From Candidatus Woesearchaeota archaeon (GTDB lineage Archaea; Nanobdellota; Nanobdellia; Woesearchaeales; JABIAG01): a stretch of 64,000 nt of DNA. Made by a program: the position numbers and the translations under genes. The notes beneath the pieces were generated by a model that saw only the letters and a list, made by a program, of their open reading frames with translations, was not told the DNA's origin and ran no database searches. The stretch's first letter is position 1. The number at the start of each line of letters is the position of its first letter. Positions 49,878-59,745 of this stretch are shown in pieces. The stretch covers positions 128,001 through 192,000 of the forward strand of contig JABIAG010000001.1 of NCBI GenBank assembly GCA_018653365.1, given 5' to 3'.

Positions 49878-50331
49878 AACGATTTTTTTAAGTTTATTAC
49901 CCATATCAGAATTAAGGGGAGGGATTCCTTTCGCAGTTTTTAATGGAATGTCGCCATTGTTTGCTTATCTTATCTGTGTACTTGCAAATATTTGTGTAAT
50001 TCCTATTGTTTATTTATTTTTAACATATCTACATAATTGGTTTTTGAATATTAAACTTTATAATAAATTATTTTTGAAATATGTAGAAAGAAAACGAGGC
50101 AAGGTAGAAAAATATATTGGAACTAAATGGGAGTTTCTGATTTTAATGTTATTTGTAGCAATACCCCTTCCTATCACTGGGGCGTATACTGGAACTTTGT
50201 TAGCCTGGTTATTTAAAGTAAAGAAAAAAGAGGCATTCTTAGCATTAGCATTAGGGGTAGTAATTGCAGGCGTAATTGTGAGTTTAGTTACGTTAGGTTT
50301 AATATCTGGTGCAGAAGTATTTGTTAAATAA
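49861..50331 (+). CDS. COG2426 small multidrug export-like membrane protein
   Basis: PISELRGGIP, FVAIPLP.TGAYTG. Confidence 0.9.
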   Translation: MSILLKTIFLSLLPISELRGGIPFAVFNGMSPLFAYLICVLANICVIPIVYLFLTYLHNWFLNIKLYNKLFLKYVERKRGKVEKYIGTKWEFLILMLFVAIPLPITGAYTGTLLAWLFKVKKKEAFLALALGVVIAGVIVSLVTLGLISGAEVFVK

Positions 50332-50604
50332 TTATTTTTTCTTAGAAGTTGCTTTTTTAACGGGTTTCTTTTTTGCTACAGGTTTTTTAGCAACACGTCT
50401 ACGAGGAGTTTCATCCTTAAACTTGTATCTAAACTCATTTCTGTTCCCTGTAGTTTCAAAAGCAATAGTCTCAGTTCTTCGTAATTTCTTTAAACAAGCA
50501 GTAATGCTACCAATAGAAATTCCTAATGCTTTAGAAATCTCTTTAGAAGTGTACCATTTAGTTGGATGTTTCTTCAAAAAATCATAAACTTCTTGTTGTC
50601 CCAT
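50332..50604 (-). CDS. winged-HTH protein with Lys/Ala-rich tail
   Basis: MGQQEVYDFL..WYTSKEI..SIGSIT..LKKL; tail VAKKPVAKKKPVKKA. Confidence 0.85.
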   Translation of the reverse strand: MGQQEVYDFLKKHPTKWYTSKEISKALGISIGSITACLKKLRRTETIAFETTGNRNEFRYKFKDETPRRRVAKKPVAKKKPVKKATSKKK

Positions 50605-50701
50605 GCTAAGATTGAGTGAAAGGTAGTATATAAAACTATCTTTTTTTAGTGTCGATTCCAGAGTAGAAACGTTTAAATATTGGTTGAGTTATTGAATTGG
50701 T

Positions 50702-51031
50702 ATGAAGAAAGGAAAGAATAAAACTGCCCTGGTTAACGCAATAGTATTTGTTGTAATCCTTCTTGCGTTCGCAGGAATGATCTCAAGTTCTTCAACTGTT
50801 GTAACTAATGGTGGGGAATATTTTTCTCCTCCAGCAACACACATAATCTTGTTTAACTTTGCAGTTCTGATGTTAATCTCTCTTGTTGTTGCTTTGTTAG
50901 TTCACAATCACAAAATTCAACGAGCTTTTTGGAAAGTTGAACACAAAGTCGTAAAAGATGTGGTTAGTTTGGAAAAAGATATTAAAAAAGAGCTACAAGA
51001 TATCGGTAAAAAGATAAAAAAAATAATGTAA
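50702..51031 (+). CDS. small 2-TM membrane protein
   Basis: Two hydrophobic segments; TATA upstream. Confidence 0.7.
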   Translation: MKKGKNKTALVNAIVFVVILLAFAGMISSSSTVVTNGGEYFSPPATHIILFNFAVLMLISLVVALLVHNHKIQRAFWKVEHKVVKDVVSLEKDIKKELQDIGKKIKKIM

Positions 51032-51143
51032 TTCTAGCTTTAAAGGTAAGCTTTTTACAGCATCATTCCAATTTGTTTCATTCTGAGCAAAAAGCTTTTC
51101 TAACGCAAACCTTTTTAAATGGTCAGAAAGTATGCGGGAGTGT

Positions 51144-52103
51144 ATGGCATCCACAATAGAAGAATTAGGAAAAAAGTTGCTTGAAAAAGACGCATTTAAA
51201 CAAGTTCTTGGACAAGGAGAGGCAAAAAAACAGTTATGTTCAGCATTATTAACTGGGAGACATGTATTAATTCTAGGAAATCCTGGAATCGGTAAAACTA
51301 CTTTAGCAAAAAATATTGCTGAATTGTTACCTGATATGAATTCTAAAGGTAAGAAAATAAAAGGAATACATAGATTTGTAAGGGTACAAGGAAGTCCTGA
51401 TTTAACTGTAGAAGACTTATTGGGAGACATAGATCCTATTAAAGCATTAAAATTTGGACCTCTAAGTAAAGAGGCATTTACACATGGAAAGATATTCAAA
51501 GCAGATCAAGGAATATTGTTTTTTGATGAACTAAACAGGTGTCCTGAAAAATTACAAAATGCATTATTACAAGTATTACAAGAGGGATATGCAACAATTG
51601 GAAGTTATGATGTGGATTTTCCAACGAATTTTATATTTATAGCAACCATGAATCCTGAAGATAGTTCAACAGAAAAAATTTCTGATGTATTGCTGGATAG
51701 ATTTGATGTAGTTTACATGGATTACCCTGAAAGTTTAGAAATAGAAAAAGAGATTGTTGAAAATAACGGAAAAGAACTTGTAGCTGTGGATGACAAACTG
51801 TTAACTCTAATGATACACTTTGTAAGAGTATTACGAGAAGACAAACGAATTGAAAAAAAGCCTTCTGTAAGAGCTTCATTAGGGCTTTACGAACGAAGCC
51901 AGGGAAATGCACTTTTAGCTGGAAGAAAAAATGTAAACTTTAAAGATGTGAAAGATGCAGTTCTATCCGTATTAGCGCATAGAATACAATTAAGACCAAG
52001 TGCGAAATACGCAATGTCTCCTTCGGATATAATTCAAGAAACCTTCAACGACTTTTTACGTTCAGAAGGAAAAGAATACAAAGAAGAAGGCGATGTTCCC
52101 TAA
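51144..52103 (+). CDS. MoxR/ChlI-like AAA+ ATPase
   Basis: GNPGIGKT, FFDELNR, ATMNP, LLDRF. Confidence 0.92.
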   Translation: MASTIEELGKKLLEKDAFKQVLGQGEAKKQLCSALLTGRHVLILGNPGIGKTTLAKNIAELLPDMNSKGKKIKGIHRFVRVQGSPDLTVEDLLGDIDPIKALKFGPLSKEAFTHGKIFKADQGILFFDELNRCPEKLQNALLQVLQEGYATIGSYDVDFPTNFIFIATMNPEDSSTEKISDVLLDRFDVVYMDYPESLEIEKEIVENNGKELVAVDDKLLTLMIHFVRVLREDKRIEKKPSVRASLGLYERSQGNALLAGRKNVNFKDVKDAVLSVLAHRIQLRPSAKYAMSPSDIIQETFNDFLRSEGKEYKEEGDVP

Positions 52104-53280
52104 TGAACTAAGTGACGTCGAAAAAACAAAAAAGATTGAAGAATTAAAAGGCCAATTATCTTCCCAATTTGAAGAAGATAAATTAATGCATTCTATTCTA
52201 AAAGGCGATAAGAAAAAAATAGATGAAGCTAAACTAATTGAAGAGGGTATAAATAACAATGTTGGTGGCTTCACACCCGATTTAATGATGCAACAACTAG
52301 TACAGAATTATGCTAATGCTAAACGATTATATGGAGAAACTATACTTCGTTTGTTAAGTTCTTACAATCCTGATTATATTGAGAAAAATATTAAGATCCC
52401 CGAATTTCAAAGAGAATTAAAAGATAAAATAACTAAAAAAGTAACAGACTTACAAAAAAAGAAAATACTAAATTCTGATGGAAGCTTTTCTAAAAAAGGC
52501 GAAGAAATGGCAGCATTAATCATGTATGTAGAAGAAGTGGATAATTTAACACCCAAAGGAATTATTGGAGAAAAAGTTCACAAGAAAAAAAGTTTCTATG
52601 GAACCAGATCTGAAGTTAACAAATACAAGAAAGGCGATAGATATGCAGATTTGGCTTTGAAAAAATCCATAACTAAAGCAATTAAGCGTGGACATACAAC
52701 TCTGTTAAAAGATGATCTAATGACTTTTGAAAGAAAATCTAAAGGAAATGTTTATGTAATTTATGGATTGGATGCTTCTGGAAGTATGAAAGGAAAGAAA
52801 ATCGAGGCAGCTAAAAAAGCAGGAATTGCTTTGGCATACAAAGCTATAGCTGAAAAAGATAAAGTGGGGATGGTAGTGTTTGAATCAGAAATAAAAGATT
52901 CAGTAGCACCCACAACAGACTTTCCATTGTTATTGAAGAAGATTTCAACAGTGCGCGCAACAAAACAAACAGACATGAAACAAATGATAAGAAAAGCGGT
53001 TGAGTTGTTTCCTGATATATCTGGAATTACTAAACATTTGATATTGTTAACTGATGCAATGCCTACTGTTGGTTCAAATCCTGAAAAAGAAACCTTAGAC
53101 ATGGTTGCAGAAGCTAGAGCAGCGGGTGTTACTATATCGCTTATTGGTGTGGGATTAGAGAAAAAAGGTGAGAAGTTAGGTAAAGAAATTACTGAACTAG
53201 GGAATGGCAGATTTCATATTGTGAAGAATTTGGATAGATTGGATGCAATAGTTCTAGAAGATTATTATGGGTATAGCTAA
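52093..53280 (+). CDS. VWA domain protein (ChlD-like partner)
   Basis: MIDAS DASGSM, T, LLTD. Confidence 0.92.
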   Translation: MFPNELSDVEKTKKIEELKGQLSSQFEEDKLMHSILKGDKKKIDEAKLIEEGINNNVGGFTPDLMMQQLVQNYANAKRLYGETILRLLSSYNPDYIEKNIKIPEFQRELKDKITKKVTDLQKKKILNSDGSFSKKGEEMAALIMYVEEVDNLTPKGIIGEKVHKKKSFYGTRSEVNKYKKGDRYADLALKKSITKAIKRGHTTLLKDDLMTFERKSKGNVYVIYGLDASGSMKGKKIEAAKKAGIALAYKAIAEKDKVGMVVFESEIKDSVAPTTDFPLLLKKISTVRATKQTDMKQMIRKAVELFPDISGITKHLILLTDAMPTVGSNPEKETLDMVAEARAAGVTISLIGVGLEKKGEKLGKEITELGNGRFHIVKNLDRLDAIVLEDYYGYS

Positions 53281-53317
53281 ACGAAACAATTTTAAATGAA
53301 AACATTATTTAGTTCTT

Positions 53318-53902
53318 ATGATCTTATTAGCATTTGTAGACTTGCATGAACATGCACCTTTCTTAAAAGTGCTAAAACGAAAAGCAAAAAAGTGCGATGT
53401 AATTCTTTGTGCTGGTGATATGAGTATATTTGAAAACGATTTAGCAGGAATGGTGAAAGAAATAGCATCATTTGGAAAACCAGTTTACATAATCAATGGC
53501 AATCATGAAGAGGTATCCAATGTTCGTAAAGAGTGTGAAAAATATAAAAACGTGCACTTTGTCCATAAAAAAGTGGCTAAACTTGATAAAGAAATAGCAT
53601 TATTTGGATATGGAGGTGGAGGATTTAGCTTTACAGATAAAGGATTTGAAAAATTCATTCAAACTAACAAAGGCAAGTTAGGAAAGAAAAATGTTCTATT
53701 AACACATGCACCTGCACACGGAACCAAAGTAGATTTGGTAAATGACGAACATGCAGGCTGCAAATCTATTAAGAAATATTTAAAACATTTTACCTTAGCA
53801 ATAAGTGGACACATACACGAAACCATGAGCGAAAAAGAGGTAGTTGACAAAAAAACATTAGTAATCAATCCAGGACCTGCAGGAAAGTTATTAGAAATTT
53901 AA
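53318..53902 (+). CDS. metallophosphoesterase
   Basis: DLH, AGD, GNHE, THAP, GHIH, NPG. Confidence 0.9.
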   Translation: MILLAFVDLHEHAPFLKVLKRKAKKCDVILCAGDMSIFENDLAGMVKEIASFGKPVYIINGNHEEVSNVRKECEKYKNVHFVHKKVAKLDKEIALFGYGGGGFSFTDKGFEKFIQTNKGKLGKKNVLLTHAPAHGTKVDLVNDEHAGCKSIKKYLKHFTLAISGHIHETMSEKEVVDKKTLVINPGPAGKLLEI

Positions 53903-54811
53903 TTCTGAACTGATTTTCGAATTCTTATTTTTTAGTAAAACAACTCTAGAATTAGGTTTTTCATTAACAATTTCGTAATTGGAATTGTGTTTAACTAGTT
54001 CTTGTGCAAACTGTTTTACCTCTTCATGATAAGGCATACATTTTGGATTAAGTCTAGCTTGTGAATGGCCTGCATACATGTAACCCTTAATCTCTATGAA
54101 ATCTGAATTATTAGCTATTAGCTTAGCATATTCTTCTGGTTTTAACATATTTTGTGATTTAGTTAAGGTGAGTCTGACTACAGAACGAGGGAATTGTTTT
54201 AGTAATGTTAATGATTGTAAAATCTTTTCCCAACCATCTTTTATTAATGGGTTGCAGACAGATTTGTAAACTATCTTGTTTGGTGCTGGAAGAGTAAGAT
54301 AAATTTGAGTTGGAGGAGTTTGAATTAACTGAGTAATCATTTCAGGATTGGTTCCATTAGTCACTAAAAACGAGGTTAAATCTTGTTTTGTTAGTTCTTT
54401 GATTAGTTCTGGTAAGCGGGGGTAAAAGGTTGGTTCTCCTGAGAGAGAGATCGCAAAGTGTTTTGGTTGTTGAGACTTCTCAAACATTTTCTTTGAACTT
54501 CCCTTAAAACCCAAAAGAACTTTCTTGTGTTCTTTTATACAGCCAGAAATGATATCTTTTGGATCATCAATTGGTCCAGTCCATTCTTTACTAGTGTGTT
54601 CAATGTCTCGCCAACACCAATTACAACGCAGTGTACAAGTATTTAATGCAGGGGTCATCTGAACACATAGATTAGAACTAATTCCATAGAAAGTATTCTT
54701 GTAGCACGAATCAACCTCTCTGATACACTCCCTGGTCCAATAACATACTTTGATGGCGGAATGGTTACCAACTATTCTATACCCTTGTTTTTCCAGTGCT
54801 TTTTTATTCAT
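53891..54811 (-). CDS. taw1: 4-demethylwyosine synthase TYW1
   Basis: HSAIKVC.W, CYK..FYGI, CTLRCNWCWR, ISLSGEPT. Confidence 0.95.
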   Translation of the reverse strand: MNKKALEKQGYRIVGNHSAIKVCYWTRECIREVDSCYKNTFYGISSNLCVQMTPALNTCTLRCNWCWRDIEHTSKEWTGPIDDPKDIISGCIKEHKKVLLGFKGSSKKMFEKSQQPKHFAISLSGEPTFYPRLPELIKELTKQDLTSFLVTNGTNPEMITQLIQTPPTQIYLTLPAPNKIVYKSVCNPLIKDGWEKILQSLTLLKQFPRSVVRLTLTKSQNMLKPEEYAKLIANNSDFIEIKGYMYAGHSQARLNPKCMPYHEEVKQFAQELVKHNSNYEIVNEKPNSRVVLLKNKNSKISSELNF

Positions 54812-54862
54812 AATTGATGTAGTAGGGAAATGTTTTTAAAAGTTTAGGATTTTTCTGAGTTT

Positions 54863-55327
54863 ATGGAATTAAAAGAAGCAATTGAAACCGTGGAAAAATC
54901 AACAGAGTTCATTGATTGGAAAAAAGAACATCCAACTTGGTACTTAGCACATGGATTTATGATAAGAGAAGATAATGAATGGCAGGTTGGTTACACTGAA
55001 GGAGAAAGGGTTGTTACATTCTTTTTAGATCCAGTTAAACTAATGCCTGAACAAGAAGCCTGTAAAAAACCAGATGTGAAAATTTCAGAATTAGATAAAG
55101 AAGATCTGATATTAAGTTTAGAAGATGCAATGAAGATATTTGAAGAAATTAAGGCAGAGAAGTATTCGGCTGAACAAATAATGAAGACAATAGTTCTAAT
55201 CCAAAATGTTGAAGGAAATATCTATAACTTAACTGGGCTAACACAATCACTTAAAACGCTAAATGTTAGAATTGATATGACCGGAAAGATTAGAGAAGAT
55301 TCTTGTCAAGGATTAGTTAGTGAATAA
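54863..55327 (+). CDS. conserved hypothetical protein
   Basis: YLAH.F, WQVGY pattern. Confidence 0.75.
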   Translation: MELKEAIETVEKSTEFIDWKKEHPTWYLAHGFMIREDNEWQVGYTEGERVVTFFLDPVKLMPEQEACKKPDVKISELDKEDLILSLEDAMKIFEEIKAEKYSAEQIMKTIVLIQNVEGNIYNLTGLTQSLKTLNVRIDMTGKIREDSCQGLVSE

Positions 55328-55954
55328 TTATTTCTTTTTAGGGCTTCGAATTAAATCATTATGAATTTGATGCTTTGGAATTGACTTTTTTGTTTTGCCT
55401 TGTTTTTTGTTGCTGTTTATTAAAAAGAATGAAGAGATTAAACCCAATAAAGAAAAGCCAAACATGATCAAGAACAAAATAGTAAACCCTAAATTCTTAG
55501 CAATAAAACTTCCAATAACTGAAGCAACACCAACTACAATCAAGGCCATACCTTCCCAATCTCCCCATTCAGAAGCACTTTTACCTTTATCTAAATGAGC
55601 AGAGTACGTAGCATCCCAGGAAGGATTCTTAACAGCATTAGCTAAACCAAAAACAATCTGAACCACAAATAGATGCATTGGAGATTTGATAAAAATATAA
55701 CCTAAAAAACCTAAACACCCTAAAGAATAACCCGCTATGATCATAGCATTACGATATTTTATTTTATCTTCAAACCTTGAAATTATAAAAGTTAAGACTC
55801 CTGCAATAATCGCAAAAATACTATATGCAATACCTGCAGTAAGAATGTCGCCACCAATTTTTTCAACAAAAATAGCGTAGATTGGTGAGAACAAGCCACC
55901 AGCAAATAAGGTAAGCCCAGAAGTCATTAATAATATTTTAAGTACTTTATGCAT
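55328..55954 (-). CDS. half-size (6-TM) MFS transporter
   Basis: PIYAIFVE.IGG, motif A-like SRFEDKI; six TMs. Confidence 0.8.
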   Translation of the reverse strand: MHKVLKILLMTSGLTLFAGGLFSPIYAIFVEKIGGDILTAGIAYSIFAIIAGVLTFIISRFEDKIKYRNAMIIAGYSLGCLGFLGYIFIKSPMHLFVVQIVFGLANAVKNPSWDATYSAHLDKGKSASEWGDWEGMALIVVGVASVIGSFIAKNLGFTILFLIMFGFSLLGLISSFFLINSNKKQGKTKKSIPKHQIHNDLIRSPKKK

Positions 55955-56021
55955 GAAGTTTATTTAGAATTGGAGTTTATAATTATTGTGATTTAGTTGA
56001 TAACTTTTGTCTTTAACTTCT

Positions 56022-56049
56022 TACAACAAAAATCAAAGATTTTTGAGCA
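56022..56049 (+). repeat. palindromic REP-like element
   Basis: TACAA-CAAAAATC-AAA-GATTTTTG-AGCA; 27/28 identical to the copy at 14364. Confidence 0.85.
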
Positions 56050-56054
56050 AAAAG

Positions 56055-57083
56055 TTATTCAACAATTTTTGTCTCTAACTTTTTGTATCCAAAGAAATCA
56101 GTAGTGTAATTATATGCCCCTGCATTTAAGAAAGTAAGTTTGTCCCCGACTTTTGGACTGTTTAGTTTTACTTTGTAACGGAAGATGTCATCTCTTGTTG
56201 GAGAATTGCCTTTGATTAAGTAGAATTGGCCCTCTTCAGATTCTTGCTCTAACAACATTTTATGATGTCCAATCATCGTATCCAAGGCACAATTATAAAT
56301 TGTAGTGTTAACAACTATTGTGTTCTGATTAATTTGAATAATCTCTGTTTCAAGTTTGGTACTGGGTGCAGCAATAAACCTTCCTGGCTCAATAATTGTT
56401 TTGATGTTGTTATTATCAAGGAATTCTTTAGTTTCTTTGATCTTTGAAAAAATGTAAGGAAGAACTTTTGCAGTATAACTTCGATACATGGAGGGCAGGC
56501 CACCCCCCAGGTTTAGGAACGAGATTGCTTCAAGAGTAGTTTTAGTTAAAGAATCTTCTAACTCTTGCTTAATTTCCCATTCAGTAACGTTTTGAGATTT
56601 ACGATGAGTATGAATTCCTAATGCTTTAATCTGTGGGTTATCTTTGATGTTAGCAATGATCTCATTCACTTTGTAGGATGACATACCATAAACAAAGTAC
56701 TGACCAGCGCCAACGCGGTGCTCTTGGAATTTCATTCTTAATGAAAGTGAGATTGAAGTTTTGGTTTGTTTGATTATGTTAAGGAGTCTAGAAAGATCAA
56801 TCTCGTTGTCTATAACAAAATCACGAATACCTTTATCTATTAATTCCTTAAGTTGTTGTTCAGATTCTGCTTGAGTAAAAAAAGAAATACGATTTTTATC
56901 TTTAATCATGTCGATTTCTTCTTCAGCATGAATAGAAATTTTGGAATCAGTACTGTCTTGAAGAATATTTCCAACTTCCCTATTAGTTTTGTAACTGTAT
57001 GATACCTCTATTCCTAATTCTTTTAGCGTGTTATATTGTTCTAAAAGTTTACTCTTGCTTAGAATAAATTTAGCATTACTCAT
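56055..57083 (-). CDS. group IV PLP decarboxylase (ornithine/DAP/arginine family)
   Basis: SYSYKTN (PLP Lys), NLGGG, IIEPGRF, AGAY. Confidence 0.88.
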   Translation of the reverse strand: MSNAKFILSKSKLLEQYNTLKELGIEVSYSYKTNREVGNILQDSTDSKISIHAEEEIDMIKDKNRISFFTQAESEQQLKELIDKGIRDFVIDNEIDLSRLLNIIKQTKTSISLSLRMKFQEHRVGAGQYFVYGMSSYKVNEIIANIKDNPQIKALGIHTHRKSQNVTEWEIKQELEDSLTKTTLEAISFLNLGGGLPSMYRSYTAKVLPYIFSKIKETKEFLDNNNIKTIIEPGRFIAAPSTKLETEIIQINQNTIVVNTTIYNCALDTMIGHHKMLLEQESEEGQFYLIKGNSPTRDDIFRYKVKLNSPKVGDKLTFLNAGAYNYTTDFFGYKKLETKIVE

Positions 57084-58017
57084 CTAAAAAACCCTCTTTA
57101 CTAAGTTTATCCAAAACACTAGTCATTACCAACGGAAAGTTGATAGATACGTCACCAATAACTGTAGCTGCTTCCGCATCATCTTTTATTTTCCCCCAAG
57201 ATTTAGCTTCGTTAGTTGTAGCGCCAGCAAAACTTCCTGAGTAAGGATGAGAGGAGGTCATGTAAACAGCATAATCCATTCCTCCACTTAATAATGCAGA
57301 GAACACAGCATAATGTTTACTTATACTTCCACCTAATGAGATAAGTCCTTTTTTATCATCAAAACTTAAATCAGTACATGCTTTCTTCATATCAGCTAAA
57401 GTGTCAACTACGAAGTCAGGATGTTTTTGTTGGAATAAAAATAAATGAAATCCAAAAGCACTGTCAGCAATACCTGGACAAAATATTGGGACATTATTCT
57501 TTGCTGCTTGATGGAGAATTGAGGCGGGCTTGTTAATTCTTAATCCAATTTCTTTTAATAGGTCCGCTGCAGCAATTCTTTTATGGGTTTTGTAAATATC
57601 TTCTAATGTAATAGACATCCAATCCTCAAACTTCATATAAGACTCGTTTTTAATTACTAAATTACCAATTCTGTTTTCACCTTGCTCATGTAATTGATTA
57701 TCATCCGCATTAAACGTTCTAATCTCAAAATTATCACCTAATGATTTGATAATATCTTCTTCTATGCTGCCTGAAGTAGTTACAAGAATATCTGCCATCT
57801 TTAATTCTATTAATTGAGCAAAAAAACCTCTAAGTCCAGATGTAACCATGTTAGAAGTGAAGGTAAGGAATATCTTTGCACCTGACTTTTTCATCTTAAG
57901 AATGACCTGAGATGCTTCATAAAGTTCAATAGCTTGATAGCCTACACTACCAAAATTGTCGACCAATTGTTCGACGGTCATATCTTGTTTCCATGTAAAA
58001 TCTTTAACTGTTTTCAT
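57076..58017 (-). CDS. dhs: deoxyhypusine synthase
   Basis: FTSNMVTSGLR, NRIGNL, LGGSISKH, EAKSWGKI (catalytic Lys). Confidence 0.93.
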   Translation of the reverse strand: MKTVKDFTWKQDMTVEQLVDNFGSVGYQAIELYEASQVILKMKKSGAKIFLTFTSNMVTSGLRGFFAQLIELKMADILVTTSGSIEEDIIKSLGDNFEIRTFNADDNQLHEQGENRIGNLVIKNESYMKFEDWMSITLEDIYKTHKRIAAADLLKEIGLRINKPASILHQAAKNNVPIFCPGIADSAFGFHLFLFQQKHPDFVVDTLADMKKACTDLSFDDKKGLISLGGSISKHYAVFSALLSGGMDYAVYMTSSHPYSGSFAGATTNEAKSWGKIKDDAEAATVIGDVSINFPLVMTSVLDKLSKEGFLDE

Positions 58018-58031
58018 AATGATTACCTCAA

Positions 58032-58076
58032 AACACTGTCTAATAGAACTTATCTTCCTGACTGGCTGACAGTGTT
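58032..58076 (-). promoter_or_regulatory. 5'-leader hairpin immediately upstream of the dhs SD
   Basis: AACACTGTC/GACAGTGTT perfect 9-bp stem, then TT-GAGGT-7 nt-ATG. Confidence 0.5.
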
Positions 58077-58108
58077 AAATAACATATATGTTAGAGAACT
58101 TAATTAGT

Positions 58109-58576
58109 TTATAAAGGTTTTTCTAAAGTCAATTCATAATCTTTGAATCCTGCTTTTCGGTAGAATCTTGTAGCTGCTTCGTTCTGAGCTGTTACCACAA
58201 CTTTAATGAGTTTGACATTATTTTCTTTACACCATTTGTTGAATGCGTTGTTTAATTTAGTTCCTATTCCCTGACCGCGATACTTTTCTAAAACAAAAAA
58301 GCTCTCCATTTTCGCTTTTGTTGTTATTTTTCTCCATAACTCATTTTTTAATAATTCACCCATGATGTAACCAACAATCTTCTTATCTACTTCTGCAACA
58401 AAAGTGCAATGGGTGGGTTTGATAATATAATTTTCTGTGTCTTCAACTCCTGCTTTACTAAAAATCCATTTTGGTTTCAATAATGGATCATAATCTTTGA
58501 ATTCTTTTAAGATCAGTTTGTGAACTAGTTCTTGAACTGATTTAAAATCTTTTAGAGTGGCTTTTCTGATGATCAT
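58109..58576 (-). CDS. GNAT acetyltransferase
   Basis: IRKAT..D, YRGQGIGT, N..A..FY.K.GF. Confidence 0.92.
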   Translation of the reverse strand: MIIRKATLKDFKSVQELVHKLILKEFKDYDPLLKPKWIFSKAGVEDTENYIIKPTHCTFVAEVDKKIVGYIMGELLKNELWRKITTKAKMESFFVLEKYRGQGIGTKLNNAFNKWCKENNVKLIKVVVTAQNEAATRFYRKAGFKDYELTLEKPL

Positions 58577-59178
58577 TTGATGATTTCATCAATTTTGTCT
58601 AATAAAAGTTTTTTCTTTTTATCATCATAATATCCCTCAATCTTACCTAATAACTTTCCTTCTTTGAAGAAGAGAAGTGCAGGCAGAGTGGTGATGTCGT
58701 ATTTGGTTGTGAGTTCAGGGTTAATGATTTCGAGTTTACGATATTTAATGTCTGTAAATGGGAACAGGTCTTTGATTGGCAAGGAGCAAAGAAGACAATT
58801 AATTGTCTCTTCTTCAAAAAATTCAACTACTGTGAGCTGTTTTGATTGAAGAATTTCTAAATCAAACTTATCTTTCTTAATTAAGAAAGCAGGATGAACT
58901 GGCATAGCTCCATAGCGATCAATGTACAAATCTTTTCGACTTCTTGGATCTGCTTCAAATTCTTTTTTTACTTGTTCAAATTCGTCTTTTGCTTTAGCAA
59001 CCTTGATTGCATTAACCATACAAGAAGATTCACAAGCACCACAATTAGTACATTTAGAATTATCAATTCTTAGAGTGTTGTTCTCTTTGTCCCAGGTAAT
59101 AGCACCTGTTTGACAGGTCTCAACACCAGCACACTCCTCAACATTATCACAAATTTTGAAGTTAATTAAAACAGGCAT
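58573..59178 (-). CDS. 4Fe-4S ferredoxin / thioredoxin-fold fusion
   Basis: CDN..EC....C and CTNCGACESSC; CLLC; LPALLFFKEGK. Confidence 0.8.
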   Translation of the reverse strand: MPVLINFKICDNVEECAGVETCQTGAITWDKENNTLRIDNSKCTNCGACESSCMVNAIKVAKAKDEFEQVKKEFEADPRSRKDLYIDRYGAMPVHPAFLIKKDKFDLEILQSKQLTVVEFFEEETINCLLCSLPIKDLFPFTDIKYRKLEIINPELTTKYDITTLPALLFFKEGKLLGKIEGYYDDKKKKLLLDKIDEIIK

Positions 59179-59541
59179 TAGGTTGGTAAGAGATGAACGT
59201 TATTAAAGTTTTTGTTTAATCCCTGAAAAGTTTTATTGACGATAAATGCAAAAAGGCGTTGGGTTGTTTTATTCATTCACCAATGATAACTCCATGTAAT
59301 TCACTTAGTTCGTGAAGCCCTAATACCTGTAAATTTGTGGTACAGAATGGCTGAGAGACAAACCCTTATGTTGTACTCCATTATATCCTTTGTAACCTAT
59401 ATGTTGTAAACTGATCTACTTTTTAAATGGTTTTCTCAGTAATAAATATATAAAATGACCGTGAGCTTTAATGCAATAAAACACAATACGACCCTTGAAG
59501 GTTTCATGGATGATGAAGCCGAACAAGAGGAAGAATAAAGC

Positions 59542-59745
59542 TCAAAATTCTACTAACTTTTCTCGTGATTTAAGACCTGATCTAATTCTAACCTGCTTGT
59601 TGAAATGTTTTGTTAACAGTTTGATTAAAGAAAGGTTTGCTTTATTCTTATCTGCAGGGGCCTTGAGATGAACAAGTAAATGATCTGGTTGTTTAATTAT
59701 TTTATTTTCTCTAGAACTTGGTTTGACAATAATTTTAACTATCAT
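59542..59745 (-). CDS. DUF167/YggU family protein
   Basis: VKPSS, APA...KAN, SG.KSREK; start moved to MIVKII. Confidence 0.88.
   Translation of the reverse strand: MIVKIIVKPSSRENKIIKQPDHLLVHLKAPADKNKANLSLIKLLTKHFNKQVRIRSGLKSREKLVEF

Noticed and set aside
51144-53280. Magnesium chelatase
   Set aside because: No ChlH/CobN or tetrapyrrole genes; a generic MoxR-VWA chaperone pair is more plausible
59455-59538. 27-aa ORF with acidic tail (DDEAEQEEE)
   Set aside because: ATG abuts the TATA box so would lie upstream of the TSS; no SD; may be a gene remnant
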